The notes: generated by a model from the letters alone, not told the origin. A DNA stretch of 64,000 nucleotides from Parcubacteria bacterium C7867-004 (GCA_001189075.1 LFCN01000006.1:386041-450040); one strand, 5' to 3'; shown: positions 48,450 to 58,571, numbered from the stretch's first letter. Made by a program: numbers and translations.

Positions 48450-51116
48450 ATGGCGACTGCAAAGAAACCTCATCCCAAGACCGGAGACAAGCATCACGCG
48501 AGCGCGGACGAATGGATCCGCGTGAAAGGTGCCCGTACCCATAACCTCAAGAACCTCTCTACCGAGTTCCCTCGAGGAGCGATGACGGTTGTTACCGGAC
48601 TCTCTGGTTCCGGCAAGTCCTCCTTCGCCTTTGATACTGTATTCGCCGAAGGACAGCGCCGGTATGTCGAGTCTCTTTCAGCGTATGCGCGTCAGTTCCT
48701 CAACCAGATGCAGAAGCCGGATGTGGATGAGATTAGCGGACTCTCGCCCGCCATTTCCATAGACCAGAAGTCCCGTTCCAATAACCCGCGCTCCACCGTT
48801 GCGACCGTTACCGAGATCTATGACTACCTCCGCGTGCTCTATGCGCGCGCCGGTCAGCCGTACTGCGTGAATCACGATGTCGCTATCGAGAAGCTCTCGA
48901 AGGAAGAGATGATCCGCATCGTGCAGGAGCATGTAAAGGCCCGCACCGATCTCAAGGCGAAGGACGAGGTTATGGGCGTTGCGGTCGATAAGACGGCGAT
49001 AGCTATCTATGCGCCGGTTGTGGTGGGCCGTAAGGGCGAGTATTACCAGCTCCTCTATGATCTTCTCGGCAAAGGCTATGAGAAGGTGCTTATCGACGGG
49101 AAGCCCCATGCGCTCCGCGAGAAAGTAGAGCTCGATCGCAACAAGCGCCATGATATCGATGCCATCGTCGATACCATTTACGTATCCGAGTTTGAACGCA
49201 GCCCTGATGCAGCTCGTGAGCGTCTCTCAGAGGCCCTTGAGCTCGCGCTTAAGGAAAGTGATGGGCTCGTTAAGATAAAGCACGCAGACGGGGAGATTGA
49301 GACCCTCTCGGCGAAGTTCATCTGTCCGGATGACGGCACCTCGTTCCCGGAGGTTGAGCCACGCCTCTTCTCATTCAATAGCCCGTATGGCGCGTGTCCG
49401 AACTGTAACGGTCTCGGTACCAAGTCGCTCTTCTCTGACGAGCCGTGCCCAGTCTGTGAAGGGAAGCGATTGCGTCCCGAAGCGCTCCGTGTGTATCTCT
49501 CGGGCAAGAAGAATCCGAAGATCAACAACGGCCTGGGTATCAATGTCGTCGATTTCACGAACTTCTCCATCCGCGAAGCGAAGGAGTTCATGGACCAGCT
49601 CGAGCTCTCGGAGATGCGCATGGAGATCGCGCGTCCGATTATCCGCGAGATAACGAGCCGTCTCGATTTCATGCTGAACGTCGGTCTCGACTACCTCACG
49701 CTCAACCGCTCAGCGGCGACGCTCTCTGGCGGCGAGGCGCAGCGCATCCGCCTGGCGTCCCAGCTCGGTACGGGACTTGTTGGCGCGCTCTATGTGCTTG
49801 ACGAGCCGACGATCGGTCTCCACCAGCGGGATAACGATCGCCTCATTCAGACCCTGCTTACGCTCAAGGAACTCGGCAATACCATCCTCGTGGTCGAGCA
49901 CGATGAGGACACTATCTATGCTGCCGACTACCTCCTCGATATTGGTCCGGGAGCGGGTGTTCACGGCGGGAACGTCGTTGCTGAAGGATGGCTCGAAGAT
50001 CTCCTCACCGCACCCAAGAACGATAGCGGTTCGCTTACCCTTTCATACCTGCGCGACGAGACGAGAATCGAGATCCCTGAGGAACGTCGCACGAGCGAGA
50101 AGGGCTCTATCAAGGTCCGTGGTGCGACTCTGCATAACCTGAAGAATCAGAACGTCGACATTCCACTCGGGAAGCTCGTCTGTATAACGGGTGTGTCCGG
50201 CTCAGGCAAGTCGACCTTCCTTTACGACGTGCTGCATAAGAACGTTGCTGCTCGTTTCGGCAAGCGAGAAGCGAAGCTCGAGAACTGCGCGTCGATGACC
50301 GGCACCGAATACCTCGGCCGTGTCGTCCTTATCGACCAGTCCGCTATCGGCCGTACCCCGCGCTCGAATCCCGCGACCTATACGGGTGCGTTCACGCATA
50401 TCCGCGATCTGTTTGCTGCAACGTCTGAGGCTCGTGCTCGCGGTTGGAAGCCGGGACGTTTCTCCTTCAATGTCGCCGGCGGCCGCTGCGAAGCGTGCCA
50501 GGGTAATGGAGTTATAGCGGTCGAAATGCACTTCCTTCCGACGGTGTATGTGGTCTGCGATGTCTGCAACGGCACCCGATTCATGAAAGAGACGCTTGAG
50601 GTCACCTTCAAGGGCAAGAATATTTATGAAGTACTCCAGATGACTATCGAAGAGGCCGAGGTGTTCTTCAAGGATATCCCTGCGATCTCTGACCGTCTCG
50701 AGTCGCTGAACGCAACCGGACTCCAATACCTCACACTCGGACAATCAGCGACGACGCTTTCCGGCGGAGAGGCGCAGCGGGTGAAGATCGCGTCTGAGCT
50801 CTATCGCCCTATCACGATGAAGACGCTCTACCTGCTCGACGAGCCGACCGTGGGTCTTCATTACGAAGACGTACGTAAGCTGCTTGAGATCCTGCAGGAG
50901 CTGGTTCGTCGCGGAAACACCGTCGTTGTTATCGAGCACAATCTCGATATCGTGAAATCCGCCGATTATCTCATCGACTTTGGTCCGGAAGGAGGTATCA
51001 AGGGCGGGAAAGTCATTGCGAAGGGAACGCCGGAGGAAGTTGCGGAGATCGAGGACTCCTTTACGGGCGAATACCTCGCCAAGATATTCAAGAAAGCTAA
51101 GAAGCGCGCGAAGTAG
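48450..51116 (+). CDS. uvrA: Excinuclease ABC subunit A
   Basis: [18 protein letters not shown], two LSGGEAQR, Zn-finger Cys pairs. Confidence 0.98.
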   Translation: MATAKKPHPKTGDKHHASADEWIRVKGARTHNLKNLSTEFPRGAMTVVTGLSGSGKSSFAFDTVFAEGQRRYVESLSAYARQFLNQMQKPDVDEISGLSPAISIDQKSRSNNPRSTVATVTEIYDYLRVLYARAGQPYCVNHDVAIEKLSKEEMIRIVQEHVKARTDLKAKDEVMGVAVDKTAIAIYAPVVVGRKGEYYQLLYDLLGKGYEKVLIDGKPHALREKVELDRNKRHDIDAIVDTIYVSEFERSPDAARERLSEALELALKESDGLVKIKHADGEIETLSAKFICPDDGTSFPEVEPRLFSFNSPYGACPNCNGLGTKSLFSDEPCPVCEGKRLRPEALRVYLSGKKNPKINNGLGINVVDFTNFSIREAKEFMDQLELSEMRMEIARPIIREITSRLDFMLNVGLDYLTLNRSAATLSGGEAQRIRLASQLGTGLVGALYVLDEPTIGLHQRDNDRLIQTLLTLKELGNTILVVEHDEDTIYAADYLLDIGPGAGVHGGNVVAEGWLEDLLTAPKNDSGSLTLSYLRDETRIEIPEERRTSEKGSIKVRGATLHNLKNQNVDIPLGKLVCITGVSGSGKSTFLYDVLHKNVAARFGKREAKLENCASMTGTEYLGRVVLIDQSAIGRTPRSNPATYTGAFTHIRDLFAATSEARARGWKPGRFSFNVAGGRCEACQGNGVIAVEMHFLPTVYVVCDVCNGTRFMKETLEVTFKGKNIYEVLQMTIEEAEVFFKDIPAISDRLESLNATGLQYLTLGQSATTLSGGEAQRVKIASELYRPITMKTLYLLDEPTVGLHYEDVRKLLEILQELVRRGNTVVVIEHNLDIVKSADYLIDFGPEGGIKGGKVIAKGTPEEVAEIEDSFTGEYLAKIFKKAKKRAK

Positions 51117-51184
51117 GTACCTGTGCATAGTGCTTTATATAAGTGCTATCGTTAGGCTTTAGGATAGTTCCTGGAGGTACGGTC

Positions 51185-51496
51185 ATGCGGGACACCCGCG
51201 AACTAACACCACCCCGGCCGTATGTCTCTCAGCCGGTCTCTCCGAATCCCACGTTCGACGGCTCGCTCGAGCATCTTCGCGAGAAGCTCTGCATTCCGAG
51301 GAGAATGAGTCGGAGATTCTTATTCTTCGTCGCGTTTACACTTGGAAACAGGCTTGACTCGTATCCGGAAAGCGCGAAGGAGTGGTCCGAACGAAACTTC
51401 CTGCGATATAGGGAATTCGGTTGGACGCCCGATTTTTTCTACGTCGCCTTCCGTGCCGCGCCCTCGCGAGCCGCAAAGCTTCGCGCCTTCTGGTAG
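51185..51496 (+). CDS. Hypothetical protein
   Basis: SD GGAGG before ATG; hairpin plus T-tract at the stop. Confidence 0.45.
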   Translation: MRDTRELTPPRPYVSQPVSPNPTFDGSLEHLREKLCIPRRMSRRFLFFVAFTLGNRLDSYPESAKEWSERNFLRYREFGWTPDFFYVAFRAAPSRAAKLRAFW

Positions 51497-51519
51497 GTCC
51501 GTCTCGGCGGGCCTTTTCA
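51495..51519 (+). terminator. Rho-independent terminator
   Basis: AGGTCCGTC-TC-GGCGGGCCT-TTTC. Confidence 0.65.
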
Positions 51520-51554
51520 TTTACGGCTTTCACGCCGAGCGGTACGATGGCTGT

Positions 51555-52811
51555 ATGCAGCGCGAAGACCTCAAAAAGTTCGACCTCCCTGACTGCCCCG
51601 GCGTGTATCTCTTTACGCACGGGAAGGGGAAGAATAAGAAGATCCTCTACGTCGGGAAGGCGACGTCCCTTCGTGATCGCGTGCGCTCCTATTTCGATAT
51701 CGATCTTATCGCGACCCGCGGTCCTCGGATTGTGGACATGGTCACTCGCGCCGATGGACTGATGCATGAGCCTACTCCCACCGTGCTTGAGGCCTTGGTG
51801 CGCGAGGCGGCTCTCATTCGCGAGCATATCCCGAGCGCGAACGCGATGGGCAAGGATGATAAGACGTTCCTCTATGCCGTTATAACGGACGAGGAGATAC
51901 CCCGCGTGCTCGCCATACGCGGCGCTGAGCTCGATTTCAAAGCAAAGAAGGTAATCATGACGGGCCTCAAGCTGAAAGCCATCCACGGGCCGTTCCCGTC
52001 CGGGTATCAGCTGCGCGAGGGACTCCGGCTCATACGGAAGATATTCCCGTTCTTTGATACGCCGAAGCCGGTTGGCGAGGGGAATCGGCATACGCAAGGG
52101 AAGATTGAATTCAATCGGCAGATCGGGCAGTATCCGCGCGATATGAATCGTTCGGGATACATGCGTTCGATACGGAATGTGTCACTCTTTCTTTCAGGAC
52201 GAGTGAAGACGCTTCGTGCGACGCTTACCCGCGATATGAAGCAGGCGGCAAAAGAAGAACGATTCGAGGACGCGGGAACTATCCGTCGGCAGCTGTTCGC
52301 GCTCGACCATATCCAGGATGTCTCGCTCATCAAGGAAGATCGAGGTGAAGATACGGGTCCGAGGCTTGAGGCATACGACACAGCCCATATCTCAGGCACG
52401 AACGCTATCGGCGTGATGTGTGTGGTTGAGAACGGCGTATCCGTGAAGCGTGACTATCGTACCTTCAAGATCCAAGGCCGGGGCGGAAAGTCCCTGAATG
52501 ACGACATCGCCTCGCTCAAGGAGATACTCTCGCGCAGGCTCGGGCATACCGAATGGCCGCTCCCGAAAGCGTTCGTGGTTGATGGTGGGAAGACCCATAA
52601 GAAAGCGGCGGAGGATGTATTGAAGGAAGTGGGTATCGGCATTCCAGTGGTTGCGGTTGTGAAGGATGAGAAGCATCGACCGCGTGAAGTGCTTGGGGGA
52701 CTCCGTGCGGGGGTGCCAGACGCTGATGCGGTTCTGGCAAATTCCGAAGCGCATCGCTTCTCTCTCGCCAATCACCGGAAGGCTCGGTCCCGCGCTATGC
52801 GCAAGGCGTAG
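51555..52811 (+). CDS. uvrC: UvrC-like endonuclease lacking C-terminal HhH
   Basis: PGVYLF..LYVGKA.SLRDRV.SYF GIY-YIG; UVR domain; EAYDTAH...VVDGG; EAHRF at the end. Confidence 0.85.
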   Translation: MQREDLKKFDLPDCPGVYLFTHGKGKNKKILYVGKATSLRDRVRSYFDIDLIATRGPRIVDMVTRADGLMHEPTPTVLEALVREAALIREHIPSANAMGKDDKTFLYAVITDEEIPRVLAIRGAELDFKAKKVIMTGLKLKAIHGPFPSGYQLREGLRLIRKIFPFFDTPKPVGEGNRHTQGKIEFNRQIGQYPRDMNRSGYMRSIRNVSLFLSGRVKTLRATLTRDMKQAAKEERFEDAGTIRRQLFALDHIQDVSLIKEDRGEDTGPRLEAYDTAHISGTNAIGVMCVVENGVSVKRDYRTFKIQGRGGKSLNDDIASLKEILSRRLGHTEWPLPKAFVVDGGKTHKKAAEDVLKEVGIGIPVVAVVKDEKHRPREVLGGLRAGVPDADAVLANSEAHRFSLANHRKARSRAMRKA

Positions 52812-52812
52812 C

Positions 52813-52840
52813 TTGCGCAAACCCACTACAGGTATAGGAT
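52813..52840 (+). promoter_or_regulatory. Putative sigma70 promoter for the intergenic RNA
   Basis: TTGCGC-16 nt-TAGGAT, 6 nt before the first hairpin. Confidence 0.5.
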
Positions 52841-52846
52841 TGCTTC

Positions 52847-53192
52847 GGGTGGCCACTCATCGACTATTGATGAGTCGCTGGTCGTCCAGACAAAGGGCGC
52901 ATACAGGGGAGAAATAGCACATTTCCAGAAACAAAACCGCAGCGTGCATCTAGTCCGCGCACGGACGTCGCAGATCATTTCCAGGAGGTCCCTTCTGAGA
53001 AAACTGCATGCAATGCTGCTGTGCGACTGTCTTTATATCTGCTAGATATCTACAGGGGCTACAAGGCTTTCGGCTTCGGCCCACTTGCCGTGCCCAGTTT
53101 GATTGAACGCACACCGAGATGATCGGAACCGCGTATTGCTAGCAGTTGGTAGAGATTGCAGAGGCCAGGGACATTTCGTTCCTGGCCTTCGC
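52847..53192 (+). ncRNA. Candidate structured non-coding RNA of unknown class
   Basis: No convincing ORF; many nested helices read by eye; upstream promoter and 3' hairpin. Confidence 0.6.
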
Positions 53193-53228
53193 TCATTTCA
53201 GGTATTGCCCTGCTATACTTCCTTCATC

Positions 53229-54203
53229 ATGCGTGGAACGGTCGTCGGAGTATTGCGGGGCGGTCCATCTAAGGAGCACGAAGTGTCGCTTGCGACCGGT
53301 CACGCCGTCATCACGAACCTTCCCGAGGACCGCTTCACGGTAAGGGATATTTACATAGACAAGGACGGTATCTGGCATGAGCGTGGGCGGCCCGTGATGC
53401 CGGCGAATGTGCTCCCCTCGATGGATGCGGTTGTTGTGGGGCTGCATGGGGAATACGGAGAGGATGGGGAAGTACAGAAGCTGCTTGAGCGGTTCGGTGT
53501 TCCCTACACCGGCTCGGACTCATTCGGTTCGTACCTCGCAATGCATAAGGTGCTTTCCAAGGAGCGCGCGAAGGAGATGGGACTGCTCACCCCGAAGTAT
53601 CGATTCATCGAACGAGCTGACGATGCAGAAGCTATTGCGCAAGACATCATCCGTTCGTTCCATCAGCCGGTTGTCGTAAAGCCGATTCGGTGGGGTTCTT
53701 CAGTTGGCATATCGATTGTCGGCGGATACCAGCCGGTGCATTCGGCGATCCTTGAGCTTCTTGAGGCTGGAGCAGGAGGAGTGCTCGTCGAGGAACTTAT
53801 TCGCGGTACGGAAGCTACGGCAGGCGTCGTTGAGGGTCTTCGCGGTGAAGAGCTCTATATGCTCCCGCCGATTGAGATCATCCCGCCCAACGGCAGCTTC
53901 TTTTCGTACGACGTGAAGTATTCGGGGGCTACAGAGGAGATCGTACCGGGCCGCTTCCAGAAGTACGTGCAGAACGACCTCATGAAAGCGGCAAAGACCA
54001 TGCACGAAGCACTCGGACTTAGGCATTATTCCCGCTCCGACTTTATCGTCTCTCCTAAGGGCATCTATTATCTCGAGACCAATACGCTTCCCGGCATGAC
54101 TAAGGAATCGCTTCTCCCTAAATCGCTCGCTGCCGTCGGCGTTTCGCTCCCCGACTTCCTTACGCACGTGGTTGATCTCGCGCTAACCGGAAAGAAACGA
54201 TGA
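53229..54203 (+). CDS. ddl: D-alanine--D-alanine ligase
   Basis: GGPSKEHEVSL, LHGEYGEDG, GSSVG, YDVKY, RSDF, LETNTLPGMT. Confidence 0.95.
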   Translation: MRGTVVGVLRGGPSKEHEVSLATGHAVITNLPEDRFTVRDIYIDKDGIWHERGRPVMPANVLPSMDAVVVGLHGEYGEDGEVQKLLERFGVPYTGSDSFGSYLAMHKVLSKERAKEMGLLTPKYRFIERADDAEAIAQDIIRSFHQPVVVKPIRWGSSVGISIVGGYQPVHSAILELLEAGAGGVLVEELIRGTEATAGVVEGLRGEELYMLPPIEIIPPNGSFFSYDVKYSGATEEIVPGRFQKYVQNDLMKAAKTMHEALGLRHYSRSDFIVSPKGIYYLETNTLPGMTKESLLPKSLAAVGVSLPDFLTHVVDLALTGKKR

Positions 54204-54532
54204 GCGAGTACAGTGACAAGAAGTGCGTACCCTGCGAAGGCGGATTTCCGGCACTGACGCTCGCGCAGGCGCAGGATCTCATGGAGCATGCACCAGGCTG
54301 GAGCCTGAACGAGGCAGGTACTGAGATCCATCGAGACTATGCGTTTCCAGACTTCGCTACCGCGCTTTCGTTCGTGAACGAGGTAGGTGCGCTTGCCGAG
54401 GAGGAGGGTCATCATCCCGATATCACGCTTAGCTGGGGCAAGGTAGGAATTACCCTCACGACGCATTCAATAGGGGGACTCTCTGAGAACGATATTATCC
54501 TTGCGGCCAAGATAGGGCTTTTGCAGCCGTAA
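54200..54532 (+). CDS. Pterin-4-alpha-carbinolamine dehydratase
   Basis: CVPCEG, AEEEGHHPDI, THSIGGLSEND. Confidence 0.9.
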   Translation: MSEYSDKKCVPCEGGFPALTLAQAQDLMEHAPGWSLNEAGTEIHRDYAFPDFATALSFVNEVGALAEEEGHHPDITLSWGKVGITLTTHSIGGLSENDIILAAKIGLLQP

Positions 54533-54565
54533 CGGGTATGGTATAAATCATACGTTCCCGAATAG

Positions 54566-54638
54566 GGGCCGTTAGCTCAGTTGGTAGAGCATCTCATTTG
54601 CAATGAGAGGGTCGCAGGTTCGAATCCTGTACGGTCCA
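54566..54638 (+). tRNA. tRNA-Ala(UGC)
   Basis: GGGCCGT/ACGGTCC stem with G3:U70; TCTCA-TTTGCAA-TGAGA; GGTTCGAATCC. Confidence 0.96.
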
Positions 54639-54694
54639 CATTTGTTCACGAAGTCAAGGTTTCCGTCATTCCGTATTGGCGCGCTTAAGTTTCG

Positions 54695-54709
54695 GGAGGT
54701 TCTAATCTC
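54695..54709 (+). repeat. 15-bp direct repeat GGAGGTTCTAATCTC, copy 1
   Basis: Identical to 56814-56828. Confidence 0.85.
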
Positions 54710-54741
54710 ACAGAACCTAAAAACGATAAGAATGGTATTTT

Positions 54742-56841
54742 ATGCTCATTCCTAGGATGAGAATCTTAAAATATTTTCGGCAAAAGTTTGGAGATAGAAG
54801 GCAACAAAAAGTTGTACCTTCTCTTAACGAGAAAGTTGTATGTATTACAACGCGAGACAACTACATTCTTCCCGCTCTCGTTTCCTCATATTTTTCCTCA
54901 AAAACTGAATACTTTAGTTTATTTGTATTTCCCAATATTGATGCTCCTTACGAGGAGTATATTGAAATGAGTGGGGAGAAGTTTGTGGCAAAGCTCATAG
55001 GGCGTGAAGCAAAGGTTCTTTTTAACAATGCTTTCTTCAAACTTAAGCCCAAGCGCTACCTCTTAGTAGGTCTAAATGAAGCAGAGAAAACCTACTTTGA
55101 TTCTCTCTCTCCAAAGAAGAAGATATTTATAGATAACGAAACTGAAATCCAAGAGAAACTCAAGTCTCTTAAGAAGAAACCGAGACGAGAAATCCGTTGC
55201 AGGGAGTCTGACTTACTAAAGGGTTTGTACATAGCAAAACAGAAGAAACTTGCATTGGTAATAGACGAGAACGCAAAGGCAATAAATGTTAGGGATTTCC
55301 TTAGTGTGAGCACAGGAATTCTGGTTATTGAAGAAGATAAGAAAGCAACAGATATTGTCGCTATTAACTTAGCTCACGCTCTTAATTCTGATATTGCGAT
55401 TGTTGAACCATTCAACGAAGACAGAAAGGAGCTAACCACGCTCCAGAAAGACATCTATAAATGGAAGAAAGGTGGAGATAACGAAGCTCATGCGAGAGTG
55501 ATTAAACTCTTGGGAGACAGATTAAACGGAATAGATTTTAGCCCATATCACTACGCAACATTCTTCACAGACGGACTTCCATACTCGTTGGTATTGGAAA
55601 AACTATCCATTTCTTACATCAACCCAAATCTGAGATGTGATTTGTTTATATTCAATGAACTTTTTTCTCAATATGACAAACAAACAGAGGGGGTAATCGT
55701 TTTCTCTCCTGAAGAATTTGGACAGAAAGAGGAGACTCCTTTCGTTGTAGCAACTCTTAAGAAGTTAGGATTCTATGTAAAAGAACTCATTGGCAAGAAC
55801 GCAACTGTACATAATTTTGAGCATTATTCTCAACATTATCCTTACGATTTAATGCACATCTGTAGCCATGGTGGACAAACAGATGGATATTTCGCAATAG
55901 AGAAATTTACGGACAGAGATGGTAAAGAACATACCGTCGAGTATGAGGAGGTTGTTGGCTTCTCTCCTGTGCCAGGGAAAGATCTAATAGCAGTTAGCAG
56001 AAAAGCATTCTTTAAGAGATTTGATGGTTTTGAGTGGATGAGCCCAGAACTCAAAGCTCAGCATATCCCGAGCTATATCTTCGAAGACATGACCCGCAAT
56101 CTTTTTTCAGGAGATGGCGGAGAGAAAGCGCAACGATTTCCTGCTAACTACCCCATAGCAAACTCTTGCCATATAAAGTGTTACGACAGTATCCATCAAG
56201 GCACAATGCAGTCTATTGCTTTGTACAATCATCCCATTATTTTCAATAATACCTGCTGTTCGTGGCATGAGATTTCAAACTTCTTTATTACTGCTGGCGC
56301 AAGAGGATATATTGGTACTCTTTGGTCAATTAAGAATATAAACGCCGTGAGAGCAGCGGCTTTTTTCTACTCAAAAATTCACGAGCTCAACATTGCTGCT
56401 CTATGCCGTTTAATGAATACCTTCCTTAAGGGAACGTCAGACGAGGGAGTGTATATGTACTGGGGATTACCTTTTTCAAAAGTTTATTTACCAACTTCAG
56501 AAAATAGTCGACTCAAAATTTTGGGAGAACTATTTTATGGTCTATGGAGATGGGTTGGTCATTATCGCTCCTTGCCAGAGGGAGAAGTGAGGAAAAACAC
56601 GAATGACGTGGTTCGTTTCATTCACAGTGAGATTGCAGGCAACTTCAAGCAGGAAGATTTAAAAGGCCTGATTGGAGACAAGGCATATAAAAAGTTGGAG
56701 ACCACTGTTGCTGAGGTACAAGCCAAAGCACCAAAAGAGAGCACAACTTCAGACACTGAAGCTTCTAATCTTGAAAGAGGAGCTATAGACCTTGGTACTG
56801 AATACCGAGGGAAGGAGGTTCTAATCTCCGAGCGTCTCTAG
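54742..56841 (+). CDS. AT-rich 699-aa protein with caspase/CHAT-like C-terminal domain
   Basis: MHICSHGG (His-Gly), IIFNNTCCSW (Cys), FITAGARGYIGTLWSI CHAT-like signature. Confidence 0.7.
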   Translation: MLIPRMRILKYFRQKFGDRRQQKVVPSLNEKVVCITTRDNYILPALVSSYFSSKTEYFSLFVFPNIDAPYEEYIEMSGEKFVAKLIGREAKVLFNNAFFKLKPKRYLLVGLNEAEKTYFDSLSPKKKIFIDNETEIQEKLKSLKKKPRREIRCRESDLLKGLYIAKQKKLALVIDENAKAINVRDFLSVSTGILVIEEDKKATDIVAINLAHALNSDIAIVEPFNEDRKELTTLQKDIYKWKKGGDNEAHARVIKLLGDRLNGIDFSPYHYATFFTDGLPYSLVLEKLSISYINPNLRCDLFIFNELFSQYDKQTEGVIVFSPEEFGQKEETPFVVATLKKLGFYVKELIGKNATVHNFEHYSQHYPYDLMHICSHGGQTDGYFAIEKFTDRDGKEHTVEYEEVVGFSPVPGKDLIAVSRKAFFKRFDGFEWMSPELKAQHIPSYIFEDMTRNLFSGDGGEKAQRFPANYPIANSCHIKCYDSIHQGTMQSIALYNHPIIFNNTCCSWHEISNFFITAGARGYIGTLWSIKNINAVRAAAFFYSKIHELNIAALCRLMNTFLKGTSDEGVYMYWGLPFSKVYLPTSENSRLKILGELFYGLWRWVGHYRSLPEGEVRKNTNDVVRFIHSEIAGNFKQEDLKGLIGDKAYKKLETTVAEVQAKAPKESTTSDTEASNLERGAIDLGTEYRGKEVLISERL
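56814..56828 (+). repeat. 15-bp direct repeat GGAGGTTCTAATCTC, copy 2
   Basis: Identical to 54695-54709; degenerate third copy near 56924-56934. Confidence 0.85.
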
Positions 56842-57071
56842 GCTCTCAAGCCCATTTTGATCCTTCAGACCATCCCACGAGTCCACTAGCCTAAGGAAAT
56901 GTATTGGCCGCGATTCAATGAGGGGAGTTCTAATACGATGTACTAAAAACCACCCCAGAGGACAAGGCGCTGTAATCAAACAGTTTCGTTTACCTGTCCG
57001 CTCACGTACATTGACGAACGTTCAAGTCGTTATACTCTTACTGCTATAGCACTATCATCTCTGTACGACCT

Positions 57072-57545
57072 ATGAGCTTCGATAAGATTCCTACTGCGCG
57101 CCCTACACAGGCAACTGAATCGTTGCGGGAACCTATTCAAGAAGAGCTCGCTGCAAGGCTCGACGAGGTCGCAAAAATGAACAAGATGTCGCTTGAGGAG
57201 CTTCGGAGTGTACGACGCAGGGAAGACAGAGAACTCCAAACGACCTTTTTTGAAGGAACCATTGCTGGTGTACGTGTTGTTGCATGGAAAGATAAAGCTC
57301 AGACTGCGGCCCCGTGGAGCTCAATAGGAACGAACAGTTATATCTATCGTGCAACGGTGGATGGTCTTGAGGTTGCGTCGGATCTCGATAAGCCACAAAA
57401 ACTCTATTTAAAACTGTTGATTGCTAATAGCGATTATTCCCGCACATATCAAGAGTCCGGTATACCGATGCCCGAGTCCCCCGACGCAGAAGCCTTGGCT
57501 GACCAGGTACTTGCAACTGGTGTTCCAACGGAAGATCCTGAATAG
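57072..57545 (+). CDS. Hypothetical protein
   Basis: 157-aa ORF filling the gap; no motif recognised. Confidence 0.55.
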   Translation: MSFDKIPTARPTQATESLREPIQEELAARLDEVAKMNKMSLEELRSVRRREDRELQTTFFEGTIAGVRVVAWKDKAQTAAPWSSIGTNSYIYRATVDGLEVASDLDKPQKLYLKLLIANSDYSRTYQESGIPMPESPDAEALADQVLATGVPTEDPE

Positions 57546-57571
57546 GCTTTTCGTATGCAACCGGGCTTTCT

Positions 57572-58150
57572 ATGACCAACCGACCGCCAAGCCGCCAACC
57601 TATGCCGACTGATGCCGTACAAGTGTTCAAGGGCATCCTTTTTGACGTCTATCAATGGCAGCAGGAGCTGTTCGATGGCTCGTTCGCTACCTTCGAGAAG
57701 CTCAGCCGGAACGATTCGGCGGTTATTATCCCGATACTCCCGAACGGCAAGCTGTTGCTTGCGTATGATGAGCAGCCGGGACGCGACCCAGTGATAACGT
57801 TCCCGGGCGGCCAGGGAGAGGAAGGCGAGAGTTCGGAAGTAATGGCTCGTCGCGAACTGCTTGAAGAGACCGGATATGAGGCGGACGAACTCATACTGCT
57901 TCGTGCCAGCCAGCCTTCCTCGAAGATAGACTGGGCGATCTATACCTTCATCGCTCGCGGTCTCCGGAAAGTGCAGGAAGCAGAGCTAGACGCCGGGGAG
58001 CGCATTACGCTGCGCGAGGTGACGCTCGACGAGCTCATCGACATGGCCGAGGATCCTCTGTTCCAGAACCGGGAACTCGTTATCGACCTGGTGAAGGCGA
58101 GGTATGATACAGAGGCACGCGCTTCCCTCGAGAAGCTTTTATTCGGCTAG
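57572..58150 (+). CDS. NUDIX hydrolase (ADP-ribose pyrophosphatase-like)
   Basis: FPGGQGEEGE...ARRELLEETGY; LDAGERI. Confidence 0.9.
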   Translation: MTNRPPSRQPMPTDAVQVFKGILFDVYQWQQELFDGSFATFEKLSRNDSAVIIPILPNGKLLLAYDEQPGRDPVITFPGGQGEEGESSEVMARRELLEETGYEADELILLRASQPSSKIDWAIYTFIARGLRKVQEAELDAGERITLREVTLDELIDMAEDPLFQNRELVIDLVKARYDTEARASLEKLLFG

Positions 58151-58159
58151 GCATATCCC

Positions 58160-58567
58160 ATGAAGAATCTCACGCTCGCGGCTATTTCAATCCCGGTGCT
58201 CCTCGTACTCGATCTGCTCTGGATCGGCGTTATTGCCGCAGGTTTTTACAAGGCCGAGCTCGGTCCTCTGCTACGCCCAGACATCGTCTGGCAGGCGGCG
58301 GTCTTGTTCTATGTGATCTATGCGTTCGGACTCGCCTTCTTCGTTGTGCGACCGGCACTCGAGAGCGGCCAGGCATTCAAGCGCACGGCGCTCGCGGGCG
58401 CGTTCTTTGGCCTCGTTGCCTTCGCGACCTGTGACCTCACCAATCTCGCCACCATCGCGGGCTGGTCCACGCTCGAGACCTTCGTCGACATGGGGTGGGG
58501 CGTGATAGCGACCACCATCGCAACTACGGTCTCGTATTTTGCAGGAAAGAAGCTTCTTGGCTACTAA
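58160..58567 (+). CDS. DUF2177-family membrane protein
   Basis: LDLLWIG, FYVIY, GLVAFATCDLTNLA, DMGWG. Confidence 0.8.
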   Translation: MKNLTLAAISIPVLLVLDLLWIGVIAAGFYKAELGPLLRPDIVWQAAVLFYVIYAFGLAFFVVRPALESGQAFKRTALAGAFFGLVAFATCDLTNLATIAGWSTLETFVDMGWGVIATTIATTVSYFAGKKLLGY

Positions 58568-58571
58568 TCGT

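Noticed and set aside
52847-53192. RNase P RNA, tmRNA or SRP RNA
   Set aside because: CAGAAACAAAACCGC loosely recalls RNase P, but GAGGAAAGTC, tRNA-like termini and the SRP loop are absent on both strands. A 32-codon ORF at ~53008 is unconvincing.
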